From positions 32,001 to 96,000 of IMG/VR virus record IMGVR_UViG_3300046820_002568: a stretch of 64,000 bases of DNA. The stretch is one strand, 5' to 3'. The translations under genes were made by a program, and so were the position numbers. Below are positions 1-8,800 of the stretch, one piece after another. Each line of letters opens with the position of its first letter. The stretch's first letter is position 1. This DNA is from a virus. Below the pieces are notes generated by a model. That model saw only the letters and a program-made list of their open reading frames with translations. It had not been told where the DNA came from and made no database searches.

Positions 1-1701
1 ATCAGCTTTAACAATCAAACTATCGGTGTTGTTATTCTTTTGAATAATGTCTTGAACTTCATCATACCTTTTTAACTTATCTTCCAAACTTTGCTTCTTT
101 GTTTCAAGATTTTCTATTGTTGCTTGATACTTTTCAAATATAAGTTTGTTCTTCTCATACTCATCAAAGTCTTTTTTAAGTTGGACGAAACCCTGTTCTT
201 TGCTGGAAAGTTCCATCATTACCCCTTCAATCTTGGTTTTTTGCTCGGAAAATCCATCAAGTTCAGCAATTTTTGACTGAGTAATTGCAGCATTCATAAG
301 TTCAATTCCACAGTGTTCGCACTTTATTCCCCCACTAACTGAACTTTTAAGTCGTTCAATTTCTTTAATTTTACTCTCAACTTCAACCTTTTCTCGGAAC
401 TGTTTGTTGTATTCATCTTTGATTTTGTCGTGCTGGTCCTCGTGATAATATTCCTTTGGCTCAACGACTTTAACATTGTCTCGGTCGGTTGTGTTTTTGT
501 TAATCTGAAATTCATATTGCTTAATTTCATTTTGAGTATTCTCAGGGTTCAAAAGTGATATTTCTCTGTCAACTGAAACTTTTGATTTAAGGAGGTTATC
601 CCTATAATCTTGACCTTTCTTTAGTCTATCATTAATGTCAGTAAGCTTTCCTTCACTCTCGGTAATTAAATTTTGGAGTTCCTTATTCTTCTCTTGAATG
701 GTTTCATTCTCTTGTTTCAAACTCTCTGTATTATAGATGTTTGAAATCATAGACTTTGAGAACTCCGAGTAGATTTGTTTACCGGTCTCTTCCTTTCTTT
801 TAAGAAAGTCTAGTCCCAAAAATCTTGATATAACTTGTCCTCTTGCCGTTGGCTTCGACTCAAGTAAATCTTCAAGGTTTGTTCCAGTTGTTAGAATTGT
901 CATTAAAAAGTCATCGTAATTACCAATAGATTGTTTAATGAAATTTTCTGTCTCTCTTCTCTGTTCTCCTGTAAATTTAACTAGTGAACCATCAGGATAC
1001 TTTTTGAAGAAGTCCAGTTCAGTTTTAACATTCCATTCACCTGATTTTGCTTTCTTTCTTTCAAGTTCCCTTACAATAATGTAGTCTTCACCATCAATTT
1101 CAATCTCACCTTTAACAATAACTTTATTGCTGTCTGAATATCTGTTGAAGATTTCTTCAGCCTTATTTGTTTTTGTTGTGGTATTGAAGAAAAGGAACAT
1201 TAGAAGGTCAACGGACAATACTGTCTTTCCTCCAAAGTTTGGTGGGTCCGATTCAATTACGGTAATCCCACCAAGCTTTTGAAAGTTTAATTTTTGATTT
1301 TCACCATAAGATAAGAAGTTTGAAAATTCAATTGTCTTGATGTACCACTTCTTAAATGCGGGAGTTTCCTCTTGTTCTGATAACATTTTGTTTTCAACTG
1401 CGTTGTCAATCTTTATAATTTCTTCATAAAGGTCTCCCTGATTCTTGGATTCTAAAATACCTTTCAAAAGTTCATGCTGATAGTTTTTGTCCATAATATT
1501 AAGGGACACATCAACATTGTCTTCAACATCTTCAGTCTTCTTTAGTTTTGTAACCAGATTAACTGAAGTTGTATTGTATTTCTTTTGAAAGTATTGCTTT
1601 ACACTCTTTAATTTTTCTTGTGTAAAGTTTTCAGGATAGTCTTCCCATACCACTTGGATTGGGGGATTATCCAATATTTCTAAATCCAAATCTTTTAGCA
1701 T
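1..1701 (-). CDS. Rad50/SbcC (T4 gp46-like) recombination ATPase with ~115-aa N-terminal extension; 3' end outside window
   Basis: Absent from the ORF track (no stop in window). Manual translation from ATG at 1701 gives MLKDLDLEILDNPPIQVVWEDYPENF...WYIKTIEFSNFLSYGENQKLNF...ITVIESDPPNFGGKT (SbcC N-terminal strands plus Walker A), a long coiled coil, and an in-frame zinc hook CEHC near 310-321. Confidence 0.88.
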   Translation of the reverse strand, partial: MLKDLDLEILDNPPIQVVWEDYPENFTQEKLKSVKQYFQKKYNTTSVNLVTKLKKTEDVEDNVDVSLNIMDKNYQHELLKGILESKNQGDLYEEIIKIDNAVENKMLSEQEETPAFKKWYIKTIEFSNFLSYGENQKLNFQKLGGITVIESDPPNFGGKTVLSVDLLMFLFFNTTTKTNKAEEIFNRYSDSNKVIVKGEIEIDGEDYIIVRELERKKAKSGEWNVKTELDFFKKYPDGSLVKFTGEQRRETENFIKQSIGNYDDFLMTILTTGTNLEDLLESKPTARGQVISRFLGLDFLKRKEETGKQIYSEFSKSMISNIYNTESLKQENETIQEKNKELQNLITESEGKLTDINDRLKKGQDYRDNLLKSKVSVDREISLLNPENTQNEIKQYEFQINKNTTDRDNVKVVEPKEYYHEDQHDKIKDEYNKQFREKVEVESKIKEIERLKSSVSGGIKCEHCGIELMNAAITQSKIAELDGFSEQKTKIEGVMMELSSKEQGFVQLKKDFDEYEKNKLIFEKYQATIENLETKKQSLEDKLKRYDEVQDIIQKNNNTDSLIVKAD

Positions 1702-1726
1702 TCTTTTTGGTGTTAAATCTATGTAA

Positions 1727-1909
1727 TTACTGAACAGGTCCACTTAATTCTTCGGCTGATTGATTCTCGGTCATTCCACTTAGTTTATCGAGATACTTTT
1801 GCATTTCTTCATTCATTAATTTAGAATAAAGTTTTTTTGCGGCTTCAACTTTTTTGTGTCTAGATTGAACTTTCGCTTTGTGGTTTTTGCGTTGTCTTGA
1901 TTTTGGCAT
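1727..1909 (-). CDS. Small basic hypothetical protein
   Basis: 60 aa, K/R-rich N-terminus (MPKSRQRKNHKAKV); fills the gap in a tightly packed operon. Confidence 0.65.
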   Translation of the reverse strand: MPKSRQRKNHKAKVQSRHKKVEAAKKLYSKLMNEEMQKYLDKLSGMTENQSAEELSGPVQ

Positions 1910-1920
1910 AATATATTAAA

Positions 1921-2280
1921 TTAATTGTTATTCTGAGATGGTCGGTTTTGTTCAAACCATTCGATTATTGCGTTTATTGCCCACACGGCTCCTGAGGACA
2001 TAATTCCATCGAAAAACCAGCTTATCCATATTGGTGACCCAAACAGTTCTAAACTAGGTGAGAAGACAAATAAAGACAAGAAAAATCCACCCCAAGTTGA
2101 GAAACACATAGGACAAGATAGTATTCCTGAAATGAACTCTCCGAGAGGTCTAAATGGTGAATATGGATTATCTCCCCAATTCGAGAAAAAATCTCTAAAT
2201 CTTTTAAAGATTGAGCCGTAAACCATAATGTTCATTAGTCCATAGCTCAAAAGAAACCAACCTAATACTTTAATTAACAT
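1921..2280 (-). CDS. DUF1360-like small membrane protein
   Basis: Three hydrophobic segments and the GILSCPMCFSTW motif (LxCPxCxxxW, typical of DUF1360). Confidence 0.65.
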   Translation of the reverse strand: MLIKVLGWFLLSYGLMNIMVYGSIFKRFRDFFSNWGDNPYSPFRPLGEFISGILSCPMCFSTWGGFFLSLFVFSPSLELFGSPIWISWFFDGIMSSGAVWAINAIIEWFEQNRPSQNNN

Positions 2281-2300
2281 ATTTTCTATTTTTTTATTGT

Positions 2301-2753
2301 TTATAATCTATCTTTTAAATTTGAATTCTTCAGGTAGAAAGCATAAGAACTTTTTGTCAAACCTTCAAGGTCATTAACCTTTGAAATCAATTCTTTTATT
2401 GTTTTATTTTTATCTCCAAGTTGTCGGTTAAGCTCAAGTAAGGTTTCTTGTAGTTTTCCACATTCTAATTCTTTTTGGTCTTGGAGTTTGACCTTTAAAC
2501 TTTCTATTTCACTTTGTAACTCTTCAATCTTTGATTTGTCTTCAACCAAAACTTCTTTCTCGAACTCCCTTTCTATAATATCAGGTAATTTACCTTGATT
2601 TAAAAGTCCGTATTTTTCAATTATCAGTCCTTTTCGGAAACATAACATAACAAAACCATCAATATCTGTAATCTCATTTAATTCACAAAACGAAATTAAA
2701 TCTTTATGGTCTTGTTTACTAATATCAATAGTTAACAAATTTTTCTGTTCCAT
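2301..2753 (-). CDS. Hypothetical coiled-coil protein
   Basis: 150-aa ORF with heptad-like E/K/L-rich C-terminal half; same strand as neighbours, short overlap with the upstream gene. Confidence 0.7.
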   Translation of the reverse strand: MEQKNLLTIDISKQDHKDLISFCELNEITDIDGFVMLCFRKGLIIEKYGLLNQGKLPDIIEREFEKEVLVEDKSKIEELQSEIESLKVKLQDQKELECGKLQETLLELNRQLGDKNKTIKELISKVNDLEGLTKSSYAFYLKNSNLKDRL

Positions 2754-3504
2754 TTTCTATATCTTCATATGAGTTTATTCTAAATGAAAGGAATGGTTTT
2801 GGGTTATGGAGGTCAACAGTTACGTATTCATCTTTCTCAACATCATAAATTCCATATCCATGTTTGGTCACTGTTTCACCGTAATTTTGGCAAATTGTTG
2901 AGCCAATCATGTAAGCCTTCTTTCCACCAGGTATGTCAAATATTTGACGCTTATGTATATCACCACAAAGAACCAAATCACATCCTGCAAACTTAGAGCT
3001 TTCAAATCCATCTTCAAACTTAAATCCAAGATTTGTTGTTAGTCCTTGGACTGGTCCGTGAAATAACCCAATCTTAACTCTATCATTTTTCTCTATATCA
3101 GGTGGAATATTATGGTCCATAAGTGAATAAACACACCAGTCAATATTATCATCCTGATAAACACCTCTGTTTTTATAGTAAACAACCATTTCATTTTGGA
3201 GTGAATCAACAACAGGTGTAAGAGCATCTAACCTTTCCATATTGGTTTCCAAGAAGTCGTGGTTTCCAGGAATCAATACTGTCTTTGCAATCTTAGAACA
3301 TTCGGTTAAGACCCAAGCTATAAACTCGACTAGCTCAGGGGTCATTTGGTTTTTTGAATGTACTAGGTCACCTGTAAACACAATGCGGTCAGGAGCAATA
3401 TCTCTCCACTGTTTGAAAGCATCTTCCAAGATACTCTTATAAAGGGCATGGTCCTTATACAACCTTACGTGAAGGTCACTAAAGTGAACGATTTTTTTAA
3501 TCAT
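2725..3504 (-). CDS. Mre11/SbcD (T4 gp47-like) metallophosphoesterase nuclease domain
   Basis: Calcineurin-like motifs SDLH, TGDLVH, PGNHD, FHG, GDIH and IGS...QNYGE; lies close to the Rad50-like gene. Confidence 0.88.
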   Translation of the reverse strand: MIKKIVHFSDLHVRLYKDHALYKSILEDAFKQWRDIAPDRIVFTGDLVHSKNQMTPELVEFIAWVLTECSKIAKTVLIPGNHDFLETNMERLDALTPVVDSLQNEMVVYYKNRGVYQDDNIDWCVYSLMDHNIPPDIEKNDRVKIGLFHGPVQGLTTNLGFKFEDGFESSKFAGCDLVLCGDIHKRQIFDIPGGKKAYMIGSTICQNYGETVTKHGYGIYDVEKDEYVTVDLHNPKPFLSFRINSYEDIENGTEKFVNY

Positions 3505-3740
3505 TAAAGTTCGATTTTTGGGGTGTCTTCAAAAAATGGATTAAGTTCATCATTAACATGCCCGCAGTCTTTGCAAGCATATGTTGGGAATGGAACAATC
3601 GTATCTTGAGGTGAGCCAGTCATAAGGGCTGGAACCTTCTTAAGCATTGATACTTCTTCAAACAATTTACATCCACATTTTTCACATTGAATTTGGTCCA
3701 TCTGACTTAGTTCAATCTTTGGTCTAATAATTTCGCTCAT
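3504..3740 (-). CDS. Small zinc-ribbon protein
   Basis: CEKC...CKDCGH two-knuckle motif in 78 aa. Confidence 0.75.
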   Translation of the reverse strand: MSEIIRPKIELSQMDQIQCEKCGCKLFEEVSMLKKVPALMTGSPQDTIVPFPTYACKDCGHVNDELNPFFEDTPKIEL

Positions 3741-3751
3741 ATTTTTTTATA

Positions 3752-3782
3752 AAATTTAGTAATAATTTATTGTAAAATCAAC
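3752..3782 (-). promoter_or_regulatory. Putative host-RNAP (early/middle) promoter
   Basis: Minus strand TTGATT-N17-TAAATTTT, the same layout as the site upstream of the primase. Confidence 0.45.
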
Positions 3783-4635
3783 TCAAGTAATTTTTCATAT
3801 CCATTTCTAAAATTGTATCAATTACTTTTTGTGGAACTCTAAATTCCTCAAACTCAGAATCTTCTCTAAGTAATGTGACAATACAACCATATAATTTTAA
3901 ATTTTCATACTTGGTTCCTTCAAGCATTTTAAGAATTAATTTACCATAAAGAGGTAGTTGGAGGTAATAGTGACCAAGTGCAGTATCATCTATTTCACCG
4001 AATGGGTATTTCATTTTTTTGGTAAATTGATTTGGCATGAAATTCTTTGGTTTGTTAGTCTTATAATCCGTTATAATAAGTCCAAATCCCGTCTTTTGTT
4101 TGTTTTCAACTATCCAAACTTTATCAGGTTGTCCTGTATACCCAATTTCTGAATGCCCTAAAACCATTTCAGTATCTAATAAAACACAATTTCTTTCTTT
4201 CATAATTTTGAGGAATTTATTTCCAGCACTTATCATACTATCCCCCTTTAATATCTGTTCAAAGTCACAATTAAAATCTGGTTTTCTAACTTCTTTAATA
4301 ATATTAAAAATTTCATGTGATTTTTTTTCAAGCATATAGTGAACTCTGCTTCCCATATTGGTTGAATAATCTCCAGCGGCTTTCCATTCCGCAAGTAATC
4401 TTTGTTGTTCTACAAGGTCACCCTTAGCCTTATTATATGATATTGTTTCAGAATCAAATTCAGTGTAAAATTTTTTTAATACTTTACTAACTGAAGGCCA
4501 ATTACTATGTAAAGTACCATCAGTATCTAACATAGTGTATTTGTGAGTAGACTCCTCAAAAGTTAATTGTAACTCTTTTTGTTTTTCAGATATTATATTT
4601 AAAATATCTTCTCTTATTTTATATAAATCCATCAT
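3778..4635 (-). CDS. PD-(D/E)xK (RecB/Cas4-like) exonuclease
   Basis: PSVS, GSRVH, E...GQPD...TDYKT and YYLQLPLY motifs. Confidence 0.85.
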   Translation of the reverse strand: MMDLYKIREDILNIISEKQKELQLTFEESTHKYTMLDTDGTLHSNWPSVSKVLKKFYTEFDSETISYNKAKGDLVEQQRLLAEWKAAGDYSTNMGSRVHYMLEKKSHEIFNIIKEVRKPDFNCDFEQILKGDSMISAGNKFLKIMKERNCVLLDTEMVLGHSEIGYTGQPDKVWIVENKQKTGFGLIITDYKTNKPKNFMPNQFTKKMKYPFGEIDDTALGHYYLQLPLYGKLILKMLEGTKYENLKLYGCIVTLLREDSEFEEFRVPQKVIDTILEMDMKNYLS

Positions 4636-5531
4636 TAATAGTTCATTTTATAATAGTAGTCATCAATCTTACCCCTCAAATCACAAACATCTTTATCCTG
4701 AGGTAATTTTAATATTTTTATTCTTCCGTGTAGTTTTCCTCCATTTAACTGCTGATATATTTTTTTTGCGTTTTCAAAAGCGTCTCCATCCAAACAAATT
4801 GTTATGTCTCCTTTGGCCCTTTCATATAATTCACCAAATAATAACTCAGGAAGATGTTTTCCAAGAAGAGGTATTGAGTTTTCCAAAAAGAATGAATCAA
4901 ACACTCCCTCACACAAATATATAGGTTTTCCCCAGTCAATCAAACTTTCGTTGAAAATAATAAGTTCTTTTGGAGCTTGGGGGTTCTTGTATTTGCTCTT
5001 TGTTTTAAACCAAGCCCTTGATACAAAGAAGTTTAACTCTCCTTCTTTATCGTAAGATGGAACAATTATTCTTCCAGCATATTCACCCTCACTTGCAAAA
5101 CCAATTCCATACTTTTCTATAATTTCATCAGTTATTCCCCTATCTCTTAAATAATTTCTCGCCTGTTTATGTGGAACATGGAGGGGATTGTAATCTTTAA
5201 ATGATGTAAATTCCTTTGGTAATCTTAAATAAGCTCTTTTTCTTTCTTCTTTTTCTATCTCAGCTGGTTTGAAAATGGAATATAGTTTCTTTTGTTTTTT
5301 GTTTCCGACAAAATCAACAAGTTTTCCTAGAGCCCCTTGGGTTCCATTTATTTCACAACAAGACCAGCATTTATAAACATGGTGATGAATATTGACTTCA
5401 AGATTTCCTTTATTTCTTCCTTCATCACATACATAACAATTGAATGCAATTTGTCCTTTGCTTGGGTAATATTGTTTTTCTTTCCCAAGCATGTCCCTTA
5501 ATAAATCCACTAAAACTTCTTCGTCTTCCAT
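4635..5531 (-). CDS. DNA primase (DnaG-like, Zn finger + TOPRIM)
   Basis: CYVC...CWSC zinc finger, YLRDRGI, GRIIVP, KYKNP, CEGVFD and LDGDA...KDV motifs. Confidence 0.92.
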   Translation of the reverse strand: MEDEEVLVDLLRDMLGKEKQYYPSKGQIAFNCYVCDEGRNKGNLEVNIHHHVYKCWSCCEINGTQGALGKLVDFVGNKKQKKLYSIFKPAEIEKEERKRAYLRLPKEFTSFKDYNPLHVPHKQARNYLRDRGITDEIIEKYGIGFASEGEYAGRIIVPSYDKEGELNFFVSRAWFKTKSKYKNPQAPKELIIFNESLIDWGKPIYLCEGVFDSFFLENSIPLLGKHLPELLFGELYERAKGDITICLDGDAFENAKKIYQQLNGGKLHGRIKILKLPQDKDVCDLRGKIDDYYYKMNY

Positions 5532-5536
5532 TTGCC

Positions 5537-5569
5537 CAAAAATATAATAAAAAACTTTGATTAAATCAA
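5537..5569 (-). promoter_or_regulatory. Putative promoter of the primase operon
   Basis: Minus strand TTGATT-N17-TATATT, overlapping TATTTTTG (matches the Bacteroidota TAnnTTTG box); overlapped by inverted repeat AAAACTTTG-N15-CAAAGTTTT (5551-5583). Confidence 0.5.
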
Positions 5570-5594
5570 CTTCACAAAGTTTTGCTACTTTCTA

Positions 5595-5601
5595 TATTTA
5601 T
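5595..5601 (+). promoter_or_regulatory. TATTTAT motif (putative late promoter)
   Basis: TATTTAT 4 nt before ATG 5606; the same motif precedes several minus-strand structural genes. Confidence 0.55.
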
Positions 5602-5605
5602 GAAT

Positions 5606-5833
5606 ATGCCGACTTCAGTGACATTATCATACACTAACTCAACTGCTGAACCATTTGAGGTTTATTTATGTCTTTCAGGTGGTAGCCCATGTTACTACAT
5701 TGATTACATTAATACTGTGGATGTGCCCTATACATTCAGCGCACCAATACCAATTCAAAATGAACCAGGGTATTGTTTAAAGGTCATTGACTCGGTCAAT
5801 TGTGAAATAACAAATTGTTTTACCATAAGTTAA
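5606..5833 (+). CDS. Small Cys-rich module protein (75 aa)
   Basis: Start moved from TTG 5582 to ATG 5606, after the TATTTAT motif. PFEVYLC...C...KVIDSVNC resembles the N-termini of 21410..21787 and 33933..34901. Confidence 0.75.
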   Translation: MPTSVTLSYTNSTAEPFEVYLCLSGGSPCYYIDYINTVDVPYTFSAPIPIQNEPGYCLKVIDSVNCEITNCFTIS

Positions 5834-5834
5834 A

Positions 5835-8800
5835 GTGAGCGCAATAGTTTGGTATAAATTTTCAGGTTGTTGTAATGGAGAAATATTCCAAACACAAGCA
5901 ACTACCCCACCCGCAGGATTTTCAATTAATGGGGTATATTATCTACAAACAGATACATACATAGGCTGCGCATCATTATTATCAACAGGATTCACAACAA
6001 GTGTTAATGTTTATAATTTAGTTAATTATGATTCAACAGATTATGGTGACTCATCTACTTGCCAAGCATATTATCCTTGTATAGATTACCCAACAATAAC
6101 CCCTACTGATACTCCAGCACCAACACCTACACAAACCGCCACAGTAACTAGAACCACAACACCGGCAATAACTCCCGGTCCAAGTAATTCTCAAAGTGCG
6201 ACCGCAACCCCAACAAAAACTCCAACAAGAACTCCTCAATCAACAGTTACCCCAACTCCAACAAGAACTCCATCAAATTGTCCAGATGTTGGGTTGGATA
6301 TTACCTTAATTTCTGGTAATACTTATGTTAGACTAACAAACCTAACAAACGAATTAATTTATATTTTCGATGCCGATAATTTACCTTATTTATATTTTTT
6401 AATACCTTCAGGTACTACAGATATTATATTATCTCGATTCACAACTGGTGTTATCGGTACCAGTCTTTCAAGTACACTATCTAATTGTATAATTTGTAGA
6501 AGTGCCTATACATCGGAAATTTGCGATTGCTCAGAAATAGTAAATGCCAGCCCTGTACCTACATTAACACCAACAAAAACTCCAACACCTACAAATACAC
6601 CAACTAATACTATAACCCCAACAAATTCAATTACGCCAACTATAACCCCAACAAATTCAATTACGCCAACAAAAACAGTTACACCATCTATAACACCAAC
6701 AAAAACAGTTACACCATCTATAACACCAACAAACACCCCAACAACAACCCCACCATTAACACCATTACCAGCAATTTCACCATCTAACAGTTCAACAAAC
6801 ACCCCAACACCAACAAACACCCAAACACCTAGTTCAACTTATTATCAATATTGCCCAACTAGTAGTTTTTGTATTTTTACAAATAATTCAAACTATTCGC
6901 AATACGACGGAACATACTATAACTATACTTCAACAACCTACAACGATAAGGCTGTTTTTTATTGTGCCAGTTGTTCGTCTCCTTCATTTATTTATTATAA
7001 TTCAGGAGACACTAAATGGATATTATCTGATACAATAGGAGGTGGGGCAATTATATTTGGTCCATCAAATAGTTCTAGTTTATGTCCTGATTTTAACTCA
7101 GGATTCTTTAACACTATTTGTCCAACGCCAACTCCAAGTTATAGTGCAGTTTGTCAAACCTTTGATTTTTCAGCAGATTTTAGTTGTTTTATTACAGGTA
7201 CAACTTCAACTCCAACAATCACGCCAACTTCAACTACAACCCCAACACCTAGTATTACTAATGACCAATGTCCATCTAAATTTATTGTAGTATATGGGAC
7301 AACTTTTAACTACAACCCAATAACTCCAACACCATCAATAACCCCTCCAATAACTTATCAAAATTGTATTATCGATGCTAGTACAACATATGATATATTC
7401 CAAGCAAGTTTTGTTAGTAGTTTTAGTAGAATTCTAAGAAATTGTGCGAGTTCTGTTGAATATGTTGTAAATTATCCGATACCTTTTAATACTGGGGCAA
7501 CATTTAACGCAATTATAAATGGATTAGGTGTATGTGTGACTTATATAGGTGACACATTTAGTCCAGGTATTGACTATTTATCATCTCTTCAAAGTGGAAA
7601 CTTATTTAATTGTAGTTTTTGTTCTCCATTAGTTACACCTAGCGCGAGTTTAACTCCATCTATAACTCCAACTATAACTCCTACAATTTCTCTAACACCT
7701 AGTTTAACATCTTGTTTAAATGTTGGTGTCGACTATTCGTTTTTAACAAGTACCGGATTTGATTCTGTGACATATATGCACAGAATTAAAAAACTTTCAG
7801 GTGGAACATATTTAGTTGCTGGAGATTTTACTTCATACAATTCTTTCCCAGCAAAAGGTTTAGTAAAAATATCTTCATCAGGATTCCCAGTTACAAGTTT
7901 CAATACTTCTAATGGATTTTCTTCATCACCATTACAAACATTTTCACCTTCAGATTTTATAGAACAACCAGATGGTAGAATAGTTTGTTGTGGATATTTC
8001 ACAGAATATAGTGGAGTACCACTAAATTATATTTGTAGATTAAATTCTGACGCAACTATTGACTCTACATTTAGTGCTGGTACAGGATTCAGTGGTTTTG
8101 CTTATACTTTAGGTATTCAATCCGATGGTAAAATAATAGTCGGAGGAGGATTTACTTCATATAATGGTATTAACTGTAACAACATTTGTAGACTTAATAC
8201 TGATGGTACATTTGACTATACTTTTAACTCAGGTGGTACAGGTTTTAATAATTTCGTTAGAGGAGTACACATACTTGAAGATGATTCAATTATTGTTGCG
8301 GGTGGTTTTACAGCCTACAATGAAACCACTTGGTATAGATTAATTAAATTAGATTCAGAAGGTAATATAGATATTACTTTTGGTCAACCTTTAGGTTACA
8401 ACGGTAACATAATGGAATTGTTAGTTTCAAGTATCGGAGAGATTTATGTTTCAGGATACTTTACAGAATATAATGGTACCGCAATTCCTTCATACATATC
8501 AAAATTAGATACTTTTGGGGGAATAGATGTTACATTTTTCTCGAACATTGGCTCAGGATTATCAATTGCTTATAGTAATTCAATAGTTGAGGATGTTAAT
8601 GGGGATATTTTATTATTCCCAACTTTAGGTTCTACTTTTAATGGTGTTAACTATAATGGTATTTTGAAAATATCTTCAAGTGGAATTGTTAATGGTCAAA
8701 TTAATGCATATCCTGGTTTTAATGGGAATGTGTCGGATGCTATAATTACAAATGAAAATAAAATAATTTGTATTGGTAATTTTACATCATATAATACTCA

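Noticed and set aside
91-530. Short tracked ORFs 91..276 and 324..530
   Set aside because: They lie inside the longer Rad50-like frame, which the track missed.
6051-6820. Minus-strand VGV-repeat ORFs that look like membrane proteins
   Set aside because: Antisense shadows of the Thr/Pro linkers.
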